A DNA stretch of 64,000 bases from Octopus sinensis (taxonomy: Eukaryota). A program made the translations under genes and the position numbers. Of this stretch, positions 27,301 through 37,417 are shown piece after piece. Numbering within the stretch: position 1 is the first letter of the stretch; every line of letters begins with the position of its first letter. The notes beneath the pieces were generated by a model, which was not told the origin of the DNA, did not search any database, and worked only from the letters and a program-made list of their open reading frames with translations. Where the stretch lies: NCBI RefSeq assembly GCF_006345805.1, contig NC_043015.1:42780001-42844000 (forward strand), given 5' to 3'.

Positions 27301-28833
27301 GTTATTTCGTGTTAAAGTTGTCGTATTCCAGTAATTTCAACCAATCAATGACGTGTATTCAGCTGAATCAAATTACTGCCGTTGTTTGTCAACAACAACT
27401 ATCGGCGGTGTTTAGTTACAAAAAATTATTTTCTAAATCTGCCGGTCAAAAGGTAAAGATCCCAAATTTGCCTTATCTTGGCTTACTCATTTTGTCCCAG
27501 CTAAATTTGTCTTTAATATGCTCAAAGAGAACGATGATAATTTTCTGAAATAGTGTTCAGATTGTGGTTTTAATGTTTTTGATACAGTTGGAGAAGGACA
27601 TTGGATCTTTTCGGTTTGAACGGCAGTTTTTTCTCGCGGTATCATATGAAATTGTCACCCATAATTATGACCCTAGTATTGATCTATTGCATTTCAATCT
27701 GTTTTAGGGTTAGGGTTAGGGTTAGGGGTGGGGGGAAGGGTAACTTTTTTTTCTTCAGAAATGTAAATAAACCCAATCTTTTTCTTAAACGAGAGACATA
27801 TTTATATAGCATAGAATGTTTTTTACCTCAATAGACGTCAGTGATTGGTTGAAATTGCAGAAATTGAAGAAAAACAACAACAAATATCTTACAAACCATA
27901 GAATTTCCTCAATAAAGCCAAGAGAAAAAGATGTTTTATAAATACATTTTGCCAGTATACGAAGTTTAAAAGTGTTTGGCTACGTGGAAATTATTTTTAA
28001 AAACTGCCGTTCAAACCGAAAAGATCCAGGTCATTTATTTAGCTGATATAGTTTTCGTAAGGTAGTGAACATTTGTAAAAGACATGTTTCTTCTCAAAGT
28101 CAAAAAATACAGTAAAAACTCCTCATTATGCCTCCACCCTATAATTCTTTGTGCTATAGACAGAAAGCCTGAAATCTTGTGGGTGGTTGGCTAACCGATT
28201 ACATTGACCCCCAGTACTCGACTGTTACTTCAAACAATAACTAACCATCTTACAAACAATAACTCTGAACATCTTTTCAAACTCCATCTGTCTAACACCC
28301 GTGGACATGTTTACAAAGTCAGAAAACAGCACAGCTCCCATGACTTTCGGAAACATTCTTTCACGTCAAGAGTTGCTGAAGCATGGAACAAACTGCCGGC
28401 ATCAGTTGTTAGTTGTCGGAGCACTGCATCCTTCAAAACTTCCATGCTTTCTGAGATTCGCCAACACTACACCTGATTTTCTCCCCTCCATACACACAAG
28501 CAAGCATGTATCTGACTCATACACTGTTCACTTTCCAGACATTTGTACATTACTGCATATACTTTATACGCACTTTTGACAAGTTGTGGTGCATCTGAGC
28601 ACTGTATACAATAATTTCATAATTATTATTATTATTATTATTATTATTATTTTATCATATCGCAGGAGTGGCTGTGTGGTAAGTAGCTTGCTTACCAACC
28701 ACATGGTTCCGGGTTCAGTCCCACTGCGTGGCCTCGGGCCGATCAAAGCCTTGTGAGTGGATTTGGTAGACGGAAACTGAAAGAAGCCCATCGTATATAT
28801 GTATATATATATATATATTATATATATATATAT

Positions 28834-28870
<37 letters not shown>

Positions 28871-31800
28871 TGTGTGTGTGTGTGTGTGTATGTTTGTGTG
28901 TATGTGTTTGTCCCCCTAGCATTGCTTGACAACCGATGCTGGTGTGTTTACGTCCCCGTAATGTAGTGGTTCGGCAAAAGAAACCGATAGAATAAGTACT
29001 GGGCTTACAAAGAATAAGTCCCGGGGTCGATTTGCTCGACTAAAGGCGCTGCTCCAGCATTGCCGCAGTCAAATGACTGAAACGAGTAAAAGAGTATCGA
29101 TTCCGAAAAGGAAAATCGATGTATCTGTACTAGTCGTGTACTGACGTCGTTGGTATCGTCTAAGCCCCATCTCCTCAAAATTACTGGCATTGTCGCCTAA
29201 ATTAGTCATCGTTATATTAATAGGTATATAACATTTTTTTTTTAAATTGGGAAGAACATAATATACCAAAGTAAACAGATAAAAAGGATTAACTTAGGAT
29301 ATGAAGCTGGAAGAAATATCGCTAAGTATTTTGTCTTCATGGTTAAAGATTAGAAAGGAAGACAAACCAGAAACAAATCCTCTTTTACTCTTTTTCTTGT
29401 TTCAGTCATTTGACTGCGGCCATGCTGGAGCACCGCCTTTAGTCGAGCAAATCGATCCCCAGGACTTATTCTTTTGTAAGCCCAGTACTTATTCTATCGG
29501 TCTCTTTTGCCGAACAGCTAAGTGACGGGAACGTAAACACACCAGCATCGGTTGTCAAGCAATGCTAGGGGGACAAACACACACACAAACAAACACACAC
29601 ACACATATATATATACATATATACGACAGGCTTCTTTCAGTTTCCGTCTACCGAATCCATTCACAAGGCTTTGGTCGGCCCGGGGCCATAGCAGAAGACA
29701 CTTGCCCAAGATGCCACGCAGTGGGACTGAACCCGGAACCATGTGGTTGGTTAGCAAGCCACTTAGCACACAGCCACTCCTGCGCCTATTCATTCCGTGA
29801 ATGAATAATTAAATACACTCCTTCAATTATACCCCACACCAGGGGGAAACTGATATTCCCTCTCAAAATTGTTGGAGACACCCCAAAACACTCCTGGCAT
29901 TACTTGAAGGTGAGCCAGGCACCCTGCCAAGTATCATCTTGATATGTCAGGTGGGACGTTAAAGTAGTCGAAAACGTCCTTGTCAGCGCTCCAACAACCC
30001 AGCAAATTCTCCAAACACTCAGACAGAGCAAAGAGGAATATGATTTACTGACAGATTACAGTATTTTCAGTGCCTTATTCTGTTCAGATAGGAATGTAGT
30101 AACCCCATATCGCTGCTGTAGCGTTACCTATTTACCTGTCCTATGAATCACCTTTGATAAACAGGACATATTTTCCTGGCGTCTATGCATCGTATACGAT
30201 ACACTTTGCCACATTTTTTGTGTTTTTTCGACCACCGAAATAACATGTCCTATCTACATACTTATACCTAACAGCGGCTTCAAAGACTGTTCTGACGAAG
30301 TAGAAATAGTAGATTTTACAGCTGAATAAAATGCCTTTCGGGTTGATAAAACTGTGAAAATATTGGACCTGGCAGTATTTATGCCAGCTCTTTGCATTTC
30401 GAGTTCAAGTCTTGCCATAGACTGCTTGGTAGGTAACTTTAAACCATTGCTGTTTAACACCATTACCTGGTTCCTTGTGTGCCTTTAGCGGAGTCCATTT
30501 TGTTGCCAGCATTTAGACCAATCTTCTGGTTTGAAAATACTCTCCTTTGTAGGATGGAGCCTACAAAGATTCGGTGTCCCTGTATAGAGTTTGGGCACTA
30601 CTTTCTTCCTTGATTGAATAAGAAAAAAACGAAAAAATTCAAGACGTTTTGGGTATGAAATGAGGGATATTTTGTTGCTATTTCTAGTGTGTGATGCAGC
30701 CATGTAGAGGTTTCCTCAATGGCTTGAAATTGTTAAATGTCTTAAGCACTAGTGTAGCTTAAGTGTGTGCCGCCTGGGGCGGATCTTCCGTTTTCCATCC
30801 CCGTACCTCACAAAAAGCACATACTGCTTACAACAGACCCCAAAGTGGCACCTCTTTAAAAGTGCTACGCTAGTGATTCTAAGTGTTTAAAAAAATCAAT
30901 TACCGTGTTTGATGACTTACAAGATGCACTCACCTCACTCCAAGAAAAAAGTCCCCAAAAATACCCCCCAAAAAAAATCGTACTGGGTTCCATATGCAAT
31001 GTTGGGTCCGCATTACATGTTTTAATACATTAAAAACCTTTATTCCTGAGTAAGTACAGCTGAAATCAGGGTACGTCTAATATACCCGCGCGTCTTTACG
31101 CCGTCAACTACGCCATACAATATATTAGTTTCAGTTTTTTGGGCGCTAGGCCAGCAAGTTCGGGAGACGGGTTAAATTGATTATACTAACCCCCAGTACT
31201 CAAATGGTACTCACTTTATCGAGCTCGAGAGGATGAAAGGCAACATCAACCTCGACGGAATTTGACTTTAGAACATAAAGACGGATAAGATGCTGGTAAG
31301 CATTTCGTCCGACGTCCGAACAATTCTGTCAGCTTTCGAATTCTGCCAAGGTAATTTTTGCTTTCCTCCTGTCTGGGGGTTCGCTAAAGTTCAAATCAAT
31401 CGGGAACGTCAACGTGCTAAATAATATTTAAATAAAGCTTAAATAATATCCACCGCAGGGGCATTGTAAATTGACGTAATTATTTACTTATCACTGGGTG
31501 GGGCAAAATGAGTAATTTCTGATTTGTTGTTATTTTTGTTGTATTTTGAATAGAATTCTTTCGAATTCTGCCAAGGTAAATTTTGCTTTCCTCCTGTCTG
31601 GGGTTCGCTAAAGTTCAAATCAATCAGGAACTTGTTGGATAGGGTATCAAAATGATCTTTAAAAACAAGAGGGTTTTAACGTTTTAATTTAAAATTTCGG
31701 GCTTGTTTTCCCTCTTTGAGATAAACAGAATTAAACCGTGCAGCTAATTGTTCTTTCACCTCGACACAGATATCTATGTAAATGTTTTGTCTCATTACAT

Positions 31801-34449
31801 TAAGAAGAAAAACACACACTTCACTGTGTAACTTCATCGCAGAGTATGTCCCAAGGCAATTTTTTTCTCTTTACTCTTGTCTAGTAATATATTCCAAACA
31901 TTTAAATAAACATCCATACACTAAATTTTTATTTACATTTTTAAGTTTATTTTCTAACACAAATACAAGGCCTAGAATTTGCCTTTCTTTTTTTTTTTTC
32001 GTTTTTTTGTTGTTTTTTTTTTGCAAGAAATGGCTTCGTATTTGATGGCATAAAAGACGCACTAGACGTAATCAGACGCACCTCAATTCCAGAAGCGCAT
32101 TTTCAGGAAAAAAATATTTCTAGTGCATTAAAGCTTATGGGAGACCCAACTAAGCAACATAGGAACCAGAATGGATCTTTTACGTTTTCTTCCAACAACA
32201 ACTCTTACTCTGAAAATTTCCAGAAAATGTACTTTTGATATAGGTTAGCAAGCTGATGACGAATGTCGCTGTTATTATTTTGGAAAATCTTTATATATAA
32301 AAGTGAGGTTGTGTGCTGTCTGTCTCCTACGATTTAGATTCCTAACTACTCCCACATTTTGCGGTGCAGTTTAACCAAAACCGGGTATCTTATAGTCATG
32401 ATTCATATCGAGCCCTTCTGGGTATTAGCGCTCGTCTACGATGAGTCTACGATTTTAAAAATAATTTACCATTATTTTTTTCCATTTTAATGCATTTTTT
32501 CGCTATTTTTTGGCTATAACTCTCTAAAAATGCTTTATAGTTATTTCCCTTACAAACCCGAGCAACGCCGGGCGATACTGCTAGTTTATAATAAAGAAGT
32601 TAGAAGCTTGTATTCGAACGGCATCTGTGTGAAAAACGTAAAAACAGTCCATTGAGAGTAGTTGGAAGAAAACGAAGGTCCCAGAGGGATTTTTTGACAT
32701 TTTCTTTGTTTTTGTTTTTTTAAGGAAAAAGTGCGGTACTACTTGAGAACAGTGGTCCCGGTGCGCGCACTCGCGTAGTCGTGCTAGCTAGTCGTGACTA
32801 GTCGATCCTACAATGACTACCTAGCAAAGTAAATAAAACAAAATAAATAAATTTTTTTACACAAAGTAAATAACACACAAAAACACAAAGGATCGACTAG
32901 TCATGACTAGCTAGTGTGGATGCGCGCACCGGGACCACTGTTCTCAAGTAGTACCAAAAGCGCATTTTATAAGCCATTAAATACGGTATATTTAATTAAG
33001 ATCGTCCCACCCCACTCTCGACTGACCGATTTTAATTTTAGGGAACTCAAACGGATGAAGGGCAGCATTTGCCTTGGCAGGAACACAATAAGATGTATGG
33101 TGTAATTAATATACTGTATTGTTAATTGTTTACTAATTTCAAGCCAGCGTAGAAGCCTCTTCGTGGTGTCTCCATATGTTAGAAATAGCAGCCAAATACT
33201 CACAATCGTCTTGAAATGCGGGCAAATACTCACAATCACCTTGAAATAATGTCAACCTACATATTTCTAAAAAGACAGTGTGTGGTCGTTGTTGGAATGT
33301 CTTTCGTCATAGGTGTAGCCAAAATAAAAACTAAGACAGAGTCCTAGAATAGCGTCCTATATAGAGACAGTCCTAGATTAGTAGTCTAAATAAAGATAGC
33401 ATAGTCTTAGAATAGCATCCTAAATAGAATTGCAGCTCAGGGTCCAAAACTAATATTCTAAATATAGTTATATCTCTGAATCTTAGTGTGAAGTTCTAAT
33501 TGAAACTGCTGAGTAGGATCCTAGAATAGCATCCCCCACAAAAATGAAAAGGTGTGTTCTAGATTAGTGTTGTAAATAAAGTTGAGTAAAGTCCTATTAT
33601 AGTGACTTCAAGGATTCTAACACACGATTCTATTTAGGACTCTAATCTAGGAATCACAAACACAATCCATGTGCCGTATTTGTTTGCACACAGTTTCTCT
33701 CTACCCAGGGTTGTAAGAAATAGAAAGATGTGCGCAGCTGGTGTCGTTGCTTTTAAATTTCATTTCTAGAAAGATCATCACTGGATGCAGGCATGGTTGT
33801 GTGGTTATGAAGCTCACTTTACAACCACGTGGTTTTGAGTTCAGTCCCACTGCACAGCACCTTGGGCAAGGCCTTCTACCTATTTTTTTACTACCCACAA
33901 GGGGCTAAACACAGAGGGAACAAACAAGGACAGACAAATGGATTAAGTCGATTACATCTACCCCAGTGCGTAACTGGTACTTATTTAATCGACTCTGAAA
34001 GGATGAAAGGCAAAGTCGACCTCGGCGGAATTTGAACTCAGAACGTAACGGCAGACGAAATACCGCTGAGCATTTCGTCCGGCGTGCTAATGTCTCTGCC
34101 AGCTTGCCGCCTTCTACCATAACCACAGGCCAACCATTACCCTAGGAGTGAATTTCATTAATCAAAGCTGAAATGAGCCTCTCATATATGTGTATAACTA
34201 CGTTTGTTCTCCAACAACCAGAGTTGGTTTGTTTAATGGTTCAGTGAGAAAGGCCTCTCTCCATTGGCTTTTCATTTTTTAATATTTTTTTACTTGTTTC
34301 AGTCATTTGGTTGCGGCCATGCTGGAGGGTTTTAGTCAAATAAATCGACTCCACAACTAATTCTTATTATTATACAACTTCCCAGGTTCTGCTAGCTATG
34401 AAACATATGTAGCCTGGATTTTATCTACTCTGATCCCCATATATATATA

Positions 34450-34492
<43 letters not shown>

Positions 34493-34578
34493 GTGTGTGT
34501 GTGTGTGTGTTGTGTGTGTGTGTGTGTGGTGTGTGTGTGTGAGTGTGCAGTTATATATATATATATACATATATATTT

Positions 34579-34618
<40 letters not shown>

Positions 34619-36463
34619 CTCTTTTACTTATTTCAGTCATTTGACTGTGGCCACGCTGGAGCCTTTTAGTCGAGCAAATCGACCCCAGGACTTATTCTTT
34701 GTAAGCCTAGTACTTATTCTATCGGTCTCTTTTGCCGAACCACTACATTATGGGGACGTAAACACACCACCATCGGTTGTCAAGCGATGTTGGGGGTACA
34801 AACACATACACACACATTCATATATTATATATATATGACGGGCTTCTTTCAGTTTCGCTCTACCAAAACCCCTCACAAGGCTTTGGTTGGCCTGAAGTTA
34901 TAGTAGAAGACACTTGCCCAAGGTGCTATACAGTGGGACTAAACCCGGAACCATGTAGTTCGTAAGCAAGCTACTTACCACACAGCCACTCGGCCTGTCA
35001 ACCTGTGCCTGACAGCCACGATTGTGGCCTGTTGTGCTTTATATGTTAAAAAAAATCAAATAATTTAAATTAAAAATTTTTTTTATGACGCAAGTAAATT
35101 TTTTCTTTCTTTCATTTTCCAGTATTTATACCAAAAATGCAAACGGAACGAAAACGGTGTCATTACCTGGAAGGAATTCATAACCAGAGTACGGAAAGTA
35201 CTTCGGCAACGACATTACGGGTAAAACAATTTCATTTTCTACATGTTTTAAAATTCACCATCACTTAGCATCCGTTTTCCATGCTGGCATGGGTTGTTAG
35301 ACAGTTTGACTGGAATTGGTAAAGTGGAGAGCTGCACCAGTCCCCAGTCTGATTTGGTTTGGTTTCTACAGATGGGGGGGCCCTTCCTAATGCCAACCAC
35401 TCCACAGAGTGTACTGGGTGCCTTCTACGTTTCACCGACACTGGTCATGACTACAATTTCTCTTGGCTTGTTGTGTATCCTTTGTCATTATGATAATAAT
35501 AATTGCTTCGAATTTTTGGTACAAGGCCAGCAATTTCATCAGAAGGGGTTTAGTCAAATTACATCGATCCCCAGTATTTAACTGGTACTTATTTTATAAA
35601 CCCCAAAAAAGATGAAAGGCAAAACTGACCTCAACAGAATGTTTTTTTTTGTTGTTGTTTCTCTTAGTTTCTAAATGTTTTTAATGTTCAGGCCATGGTT
35701 AAGAAGCTCACATTGGAACCCTGTAATTTCAGGTTCAGTCCCACAGCATGGCACTATGGACAATATCTCGGCGGGCAAGGCAGACCGTCACCACACCAAC
35801 TTCTGTTTTTTTTTTTTTTTTCTGCAGAAACCCATGTTTTGGCTACGGAGATTTCTGAATCTGAAATTTCAAAATGCCAATATTTTTTACAGATTCAGAA
35901 TTTCCATAGCCAGAAACATGGGTTTCTGCAGGAAAAAAAGAAAAAGAAAAAAAAAAACCCAGAAGTGGGTGTGGTGACGGTCAGTCAATATTTCTTCCAC
36001 TATAGCCCTGAACCAACCAATGCCATATGAGTGCATTTGGCAGATGGAAACTGTGAGGAAGCCCATCATACATATATTTGTGTGTGTGTGTGTCCACTAT
36101 CCCCGGGGAATCAGTATTAGTTTGTTTACATCCTTGTAACTTAGCAGTTGCAAAAGAAACTGATAAAGTCCCAGACTTAAAAAAATAATAAGCACTGTGG
36201 TCAGTTTGTTTGACTAAAACCTTCAGACCATTGCTCCAGCATGGGAACAGTCCATTGATTGACACAAGTAAAAGATACATGTATGTGTCTGTTCTGATTT
36301 TGGTTTTCACATTCCATATAAATTATGAAGTGGTTGGCATTAGGAAAGACGTCCATTTGTAGAAATCATACCAAAATGGACACTAGAGCAGGATGCAGTC
36401 CTTGGACACATCAGATCCTGTCAAATTGTCCGATCCATGCCAGCATGGAACATGGACATTAAA

Positions 36464-36495
<32 letters not shown>

Positions 36496-36748
36496 TTGTT
36501 GTTGTTTTTATATTTAAACGTTTTTTTTTTTTTGAAATTCCAGCATTGAGGATGTAAGGAACTCGTTCCAGAAGTGTGATAAAGACGGAGACGGATACAT
36601 AACTATCGATGACCTTCTCAAAGCTACCAAAGAAATCGAGCGGCAGTCTTTGGCAGAGGATCAACTGCAGGCCTGGGTGGACTTTATCGACAAAAACAAA
36701 GATGGTAAAGTCGACTACTCAGAATTCATGGTCAACTTTGGTTTCTAA
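8892..36748 (+). CDS. Calmodulin-like four-EF-hand calcium-binding protein, ~165 aa; join(8892..9086,35123..35220,36544..36748)
   Basis: Spliced translation: MTENEVIEERVLNLEPVAKTELLPEREIKFYVAFTEAADPKLGGIHKEEFMDVAKQIGFSKITIE|YLYQKCKRNENGVITWKEFITRVRKVLRQRHYG|IEDVRNSFQKCDKDGDGYITIDDLLKATKEIERQSLAEDQLQAWVDFIDKNKDGKVDYSEFMVNFGF*. Phases 0 and 2 match across GT-AG introns, and inter-loop spacing is calmodulin-like. The exact subfamily is not recognised. Confidence 0.88.
9481..10070. repeat. Tandem duplication of a 296-nt hairpin-containing unit bounded by (TA)n
   Basis: Landmarks at 9624 and 9920; each unit carries a perfect 34-bp inverted repeat. Confidence 0.9.
10090..10378. mobile_element. Fold-back repeat (family E), copy 1
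   Basis: ~75-nt inverted arms ctgttgtgtctggggagagtc...ccactt, plus a 5' segment shared with copy 2. Confidence 0.75.
11230..12830. repeat. AT-rich minisatellite with higher-order structure (~20 nt, 61 nt, 122 nt)
   Basis: Landmark tttgtgtccacc recurs at 11751, 11873, 12055, 12182, 12304 and 12426; the flanks are degenerate. Confidence 0.92.
13850..14061. repeat. AT-rich fold-back with nested arms
   Basis: Outer arms tgaaaatataaatattat...aaaaatagagcaccat and inner arms ataaagcagtggta / taccactgctttat. Confidence 0.8.
14080..14515 (+). mobile_element. tRNA/CORE-like SINE family A, near full length
   Basis: Head ggctgtgtggtaag...ggttcagtccc, ccttgggcaagtgtc-type core, internal microsatellite, tail ccagcatggccgcagtcaaatgact. 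Confidence 0.85.
15233..15268 (+). ncRNA. Hammerhead-like motif of a second repeat family (A6-to-U core variant)
   Basis: cttt-CTGTGGA-a-gagc(gtag)gctc-GAAAC-GTA-aaag: stems I and II pair and the cleavage triplet is GUA, but the core reads CUGU instead of CUGA. Confidence 0.45.
15918..16356. mobile_element. Non-autonomous TIR DNA transposon (GGATC termini, 8-bp TSD, internal TTAGGG tract), Merlin-like
   Basis: ~29-bp TIR ggatcttttc[t/g]gtttgaa[t/c]ggcagttttt; perfect TSD cctttatt (15910-15917, 16357-16364). Confidence 0.85.
17438..17732. mobile_element. Fold-back repeat (family E), copy 2
   Basis: Near-continuous hairpin ~17500-17732; 12-bp direct repeat caaatctaaagt at 17426-17437 and 17733-17744. 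Confidence 0.75.
19725..20209 (+). mobile_element. tRNA-headed SINE-like element with hammerhead tail (family D) and inverted partial tail at its 5' end
   Basis: Inverted tail 19725-19813; tRNA-like head 19821-19890 with A/B boxes; (AAT)n/(GAT)n spacer; tail 20040-20209; flanked by 12-bp direct repeat taaacaccagtg (19713-19724, 20210-20221). Confidence 0.8.
20084..20129 (+). ncRNA. Minimal type I hammerhead ribozyme motif (Penelope-like, palindromic stem III)
   Basis: gacac-CTGATGA-a-ggctg(gagggtatat)cagcc-GAAAC-GTT-gtgtt: stem I 5 bp, intact core, stem II 5 bp, loopless AACGTT stem III, GUU cleavage triplet. Activity not shown. Confidence 0.7.
21265..21365. repeat. (AGAT)n(AGAC)n microsatellite
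   Basis: Direct inspection. Confidence 0.95.
22242..22783. mobile_element. Non-autonomous TIR element (GGCAAGACTTCC-type termini, 8-bp TSD, internal TTAGGG-like tract)
   Basis: TIR aagacttccgcc[c/t]gtccc; TSD cagaattg/ctgaattg; a partial opposite-orientation copy lies at ~25085-25340. Confidence 0.7.
23323..23735 (+). mobile_element. SINE family A, full length
   Basis: Same head, core and tail as the other family A copies. Confidence 0.88.
23985..24741 (+). mobile_element. Decayed RTE/BovB-clade LINE fragment (RT thumb to C-terminus)
   Basis: Translates FTYLGSCLSSNSSMDKDVSMRLSKAVASF...KLAVYRAVVITSLLYGC...FHLRCLRRIMGIS*, and later ...GLRSHLRHH*; has an in-frame stop and frameshifts. Confidence 0.88.
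27162..27462. mobile_element. Related GGATC-ended MITE
   Basis: TIR ggatctttgccctttgaacggtaga / tctgccggtcaaaaggtaaagatcc; perfect 8-bp TSD caaatttg. Confidence 0.7.
27603..28027. mobile_element. Second copy of the GGATC-TIR element
   Basis: Collinear with 15918-16356; TSD aggacatt/aggtcatt. Confidence 0.85.
28240..28655 (+). mobile_element. 5'-truncated CR1-group LINE 3' end
   Basis: Translates NTRGHVYKVRKQHSSHDFRKHSFTSRVAEAWNKLPASVV...FK (RGH...WNxLP motif), followed by a 3' UTR and an (ATT)n tail. Confidence 0.8.
28660..29095 (+). mobile_element. SINE family A
   Basis: Same consensus, with a small internal deletion. Confidence 0.88.
29380..29790 (-). mobile_element. SINE family A
   Basis: Reverse-complement full-length copy. 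Confidence 0.88.
32288..32584 (+). mobile_element. Non-autonomous Helitron
   Basis: 5' TC(TTTATATATAAAAG), subterminal GC hairpin cccg-agcaacgc-cggg, 3' CTAG; inserted between A and T with no TSD. Confidence 0.85.
32735..32955. mobile_element. Fold-back MITE with GGTAC termini and 8-bp TSD (Merlin-like)
   Basis: 35-bp perfect outer IR (32735-32769 / 32921-32955), inner IR 32784-32808 / 32890-32914, TSD aaaagtgc/aaaagcgc. Confidence 0.8.
33885..34113 (-). mobile_element. SINE family B
   Basis: Full reverse-complement copy. Others at ~13255-13800 (three fragments, -), 18280-18505 (+), 18828-18970 (+), 31165-31335 (-), 43065-43255 (-), 44065-44280 (-), 52405-52560 (-), 52626-52857 (+) and 55690-55900 (+). 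Confidence 0.88.
34620..34990 (-). mobile_element. SINE family A
   Basis: Reverse-complement copy ending ~130 nt upstream of EF-hand exon 2. Confidence 0.85.
35123..35220 (+). CDS. EF-hand gene coding exon 2 (EF2 loop KRNENGVITWKE)
   Basis: Polypyrimidine tract ttttctttctttcattttccag, phase-0 entry, donor GG|GTAAAA, phase-2 exit. Confidence 0.88.
35783..35982. repeat. Fold-back element in EF-hand intron 2
   Basis: Arms gaccgtcaccacaccaacttctg...(T)n...ctgcagaaacccatg...gaatctg pair with the reverse complement ending at 35982. Confidence 0.75.
36544..36748 (+). CDS. EF-hand gene coding exon 3 (EF3 DKDGDGYITIDD, EF4 DKNKDGKVDYSE, stop)
   Basis: Acceptor ttccag; phase-2 entry completes GGC; two canonical EF loops; TAA at 36746-36748. 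Confidence 0.93.
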
Positions 36749-36888
36749 ACCATTCCAATTGGCGCATAACCATAAACTAAATCCATATCATCTTACTATA
36801 CATATATACATACATACAGACACACACATAGCATACTCTTCTGTGATGATAAATCAACAAAAAACGTACACCGTCTGGGGAGAGATAA

Positions 36889-37128
36889 ATATTATTTAAT
36901 AAGCACAATATATGTATTGATGTGCTACTATTAGTTTCCTGTTCTGAGAGCATGCCAAACAGTGTTTTATAATGTGCCTGGTGCTCTAGCACAATCATCA
37001 GACACTGTAAGCAGTGTCTGATGATTGTGCTAAGATACCAGATGTATTAAAAGACGCTGTTTGGCCTGCTCTCAGCACAGGAAAATAATAGTAGCACATA
37101 AATACATATAGTGTTTATTAAATAATAT
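36889..37128 (+). repeat. 240-nt imperfect hairpin in the presumed 3' UTR of the EF-hand gene
   Basis: Arms 36889-37007 and 37012-37128, 4-nt loop TAAG, perfect 21-bp apical stem. Confidence 0.92.
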
Positions 37129-37411
37129 ATGTATATATATATATATATTTTTATATAAACATTGTCATCCACACATACACAATGTACATGCTCTGTTTGT
37201 TTGCCAGTAGGCCACAAAGCAGATACATTATGTACGTGTGTTCAATAATGTTTACAATACTAGCACTGCTTCTATGCATAGGTACACACAAACACACACA
37301 CACACATATATAAATATATATATATATACATAGACATATACACACACATATACCTATATACACATGTTTATTTATTACACTACTCACACATATAGATTAT
37401 GTGTATACCAT

Positions 37412-37417
37412 TTTTGA
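37412..37417 (+). terminator. Candidate polyadenylation signal AATAAA for the EF-hand gene
   Basis: The first canonical AATAAA I found after the stop codon; followed by T-rich sequence. Usage not shown. Confidence 0.35.
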
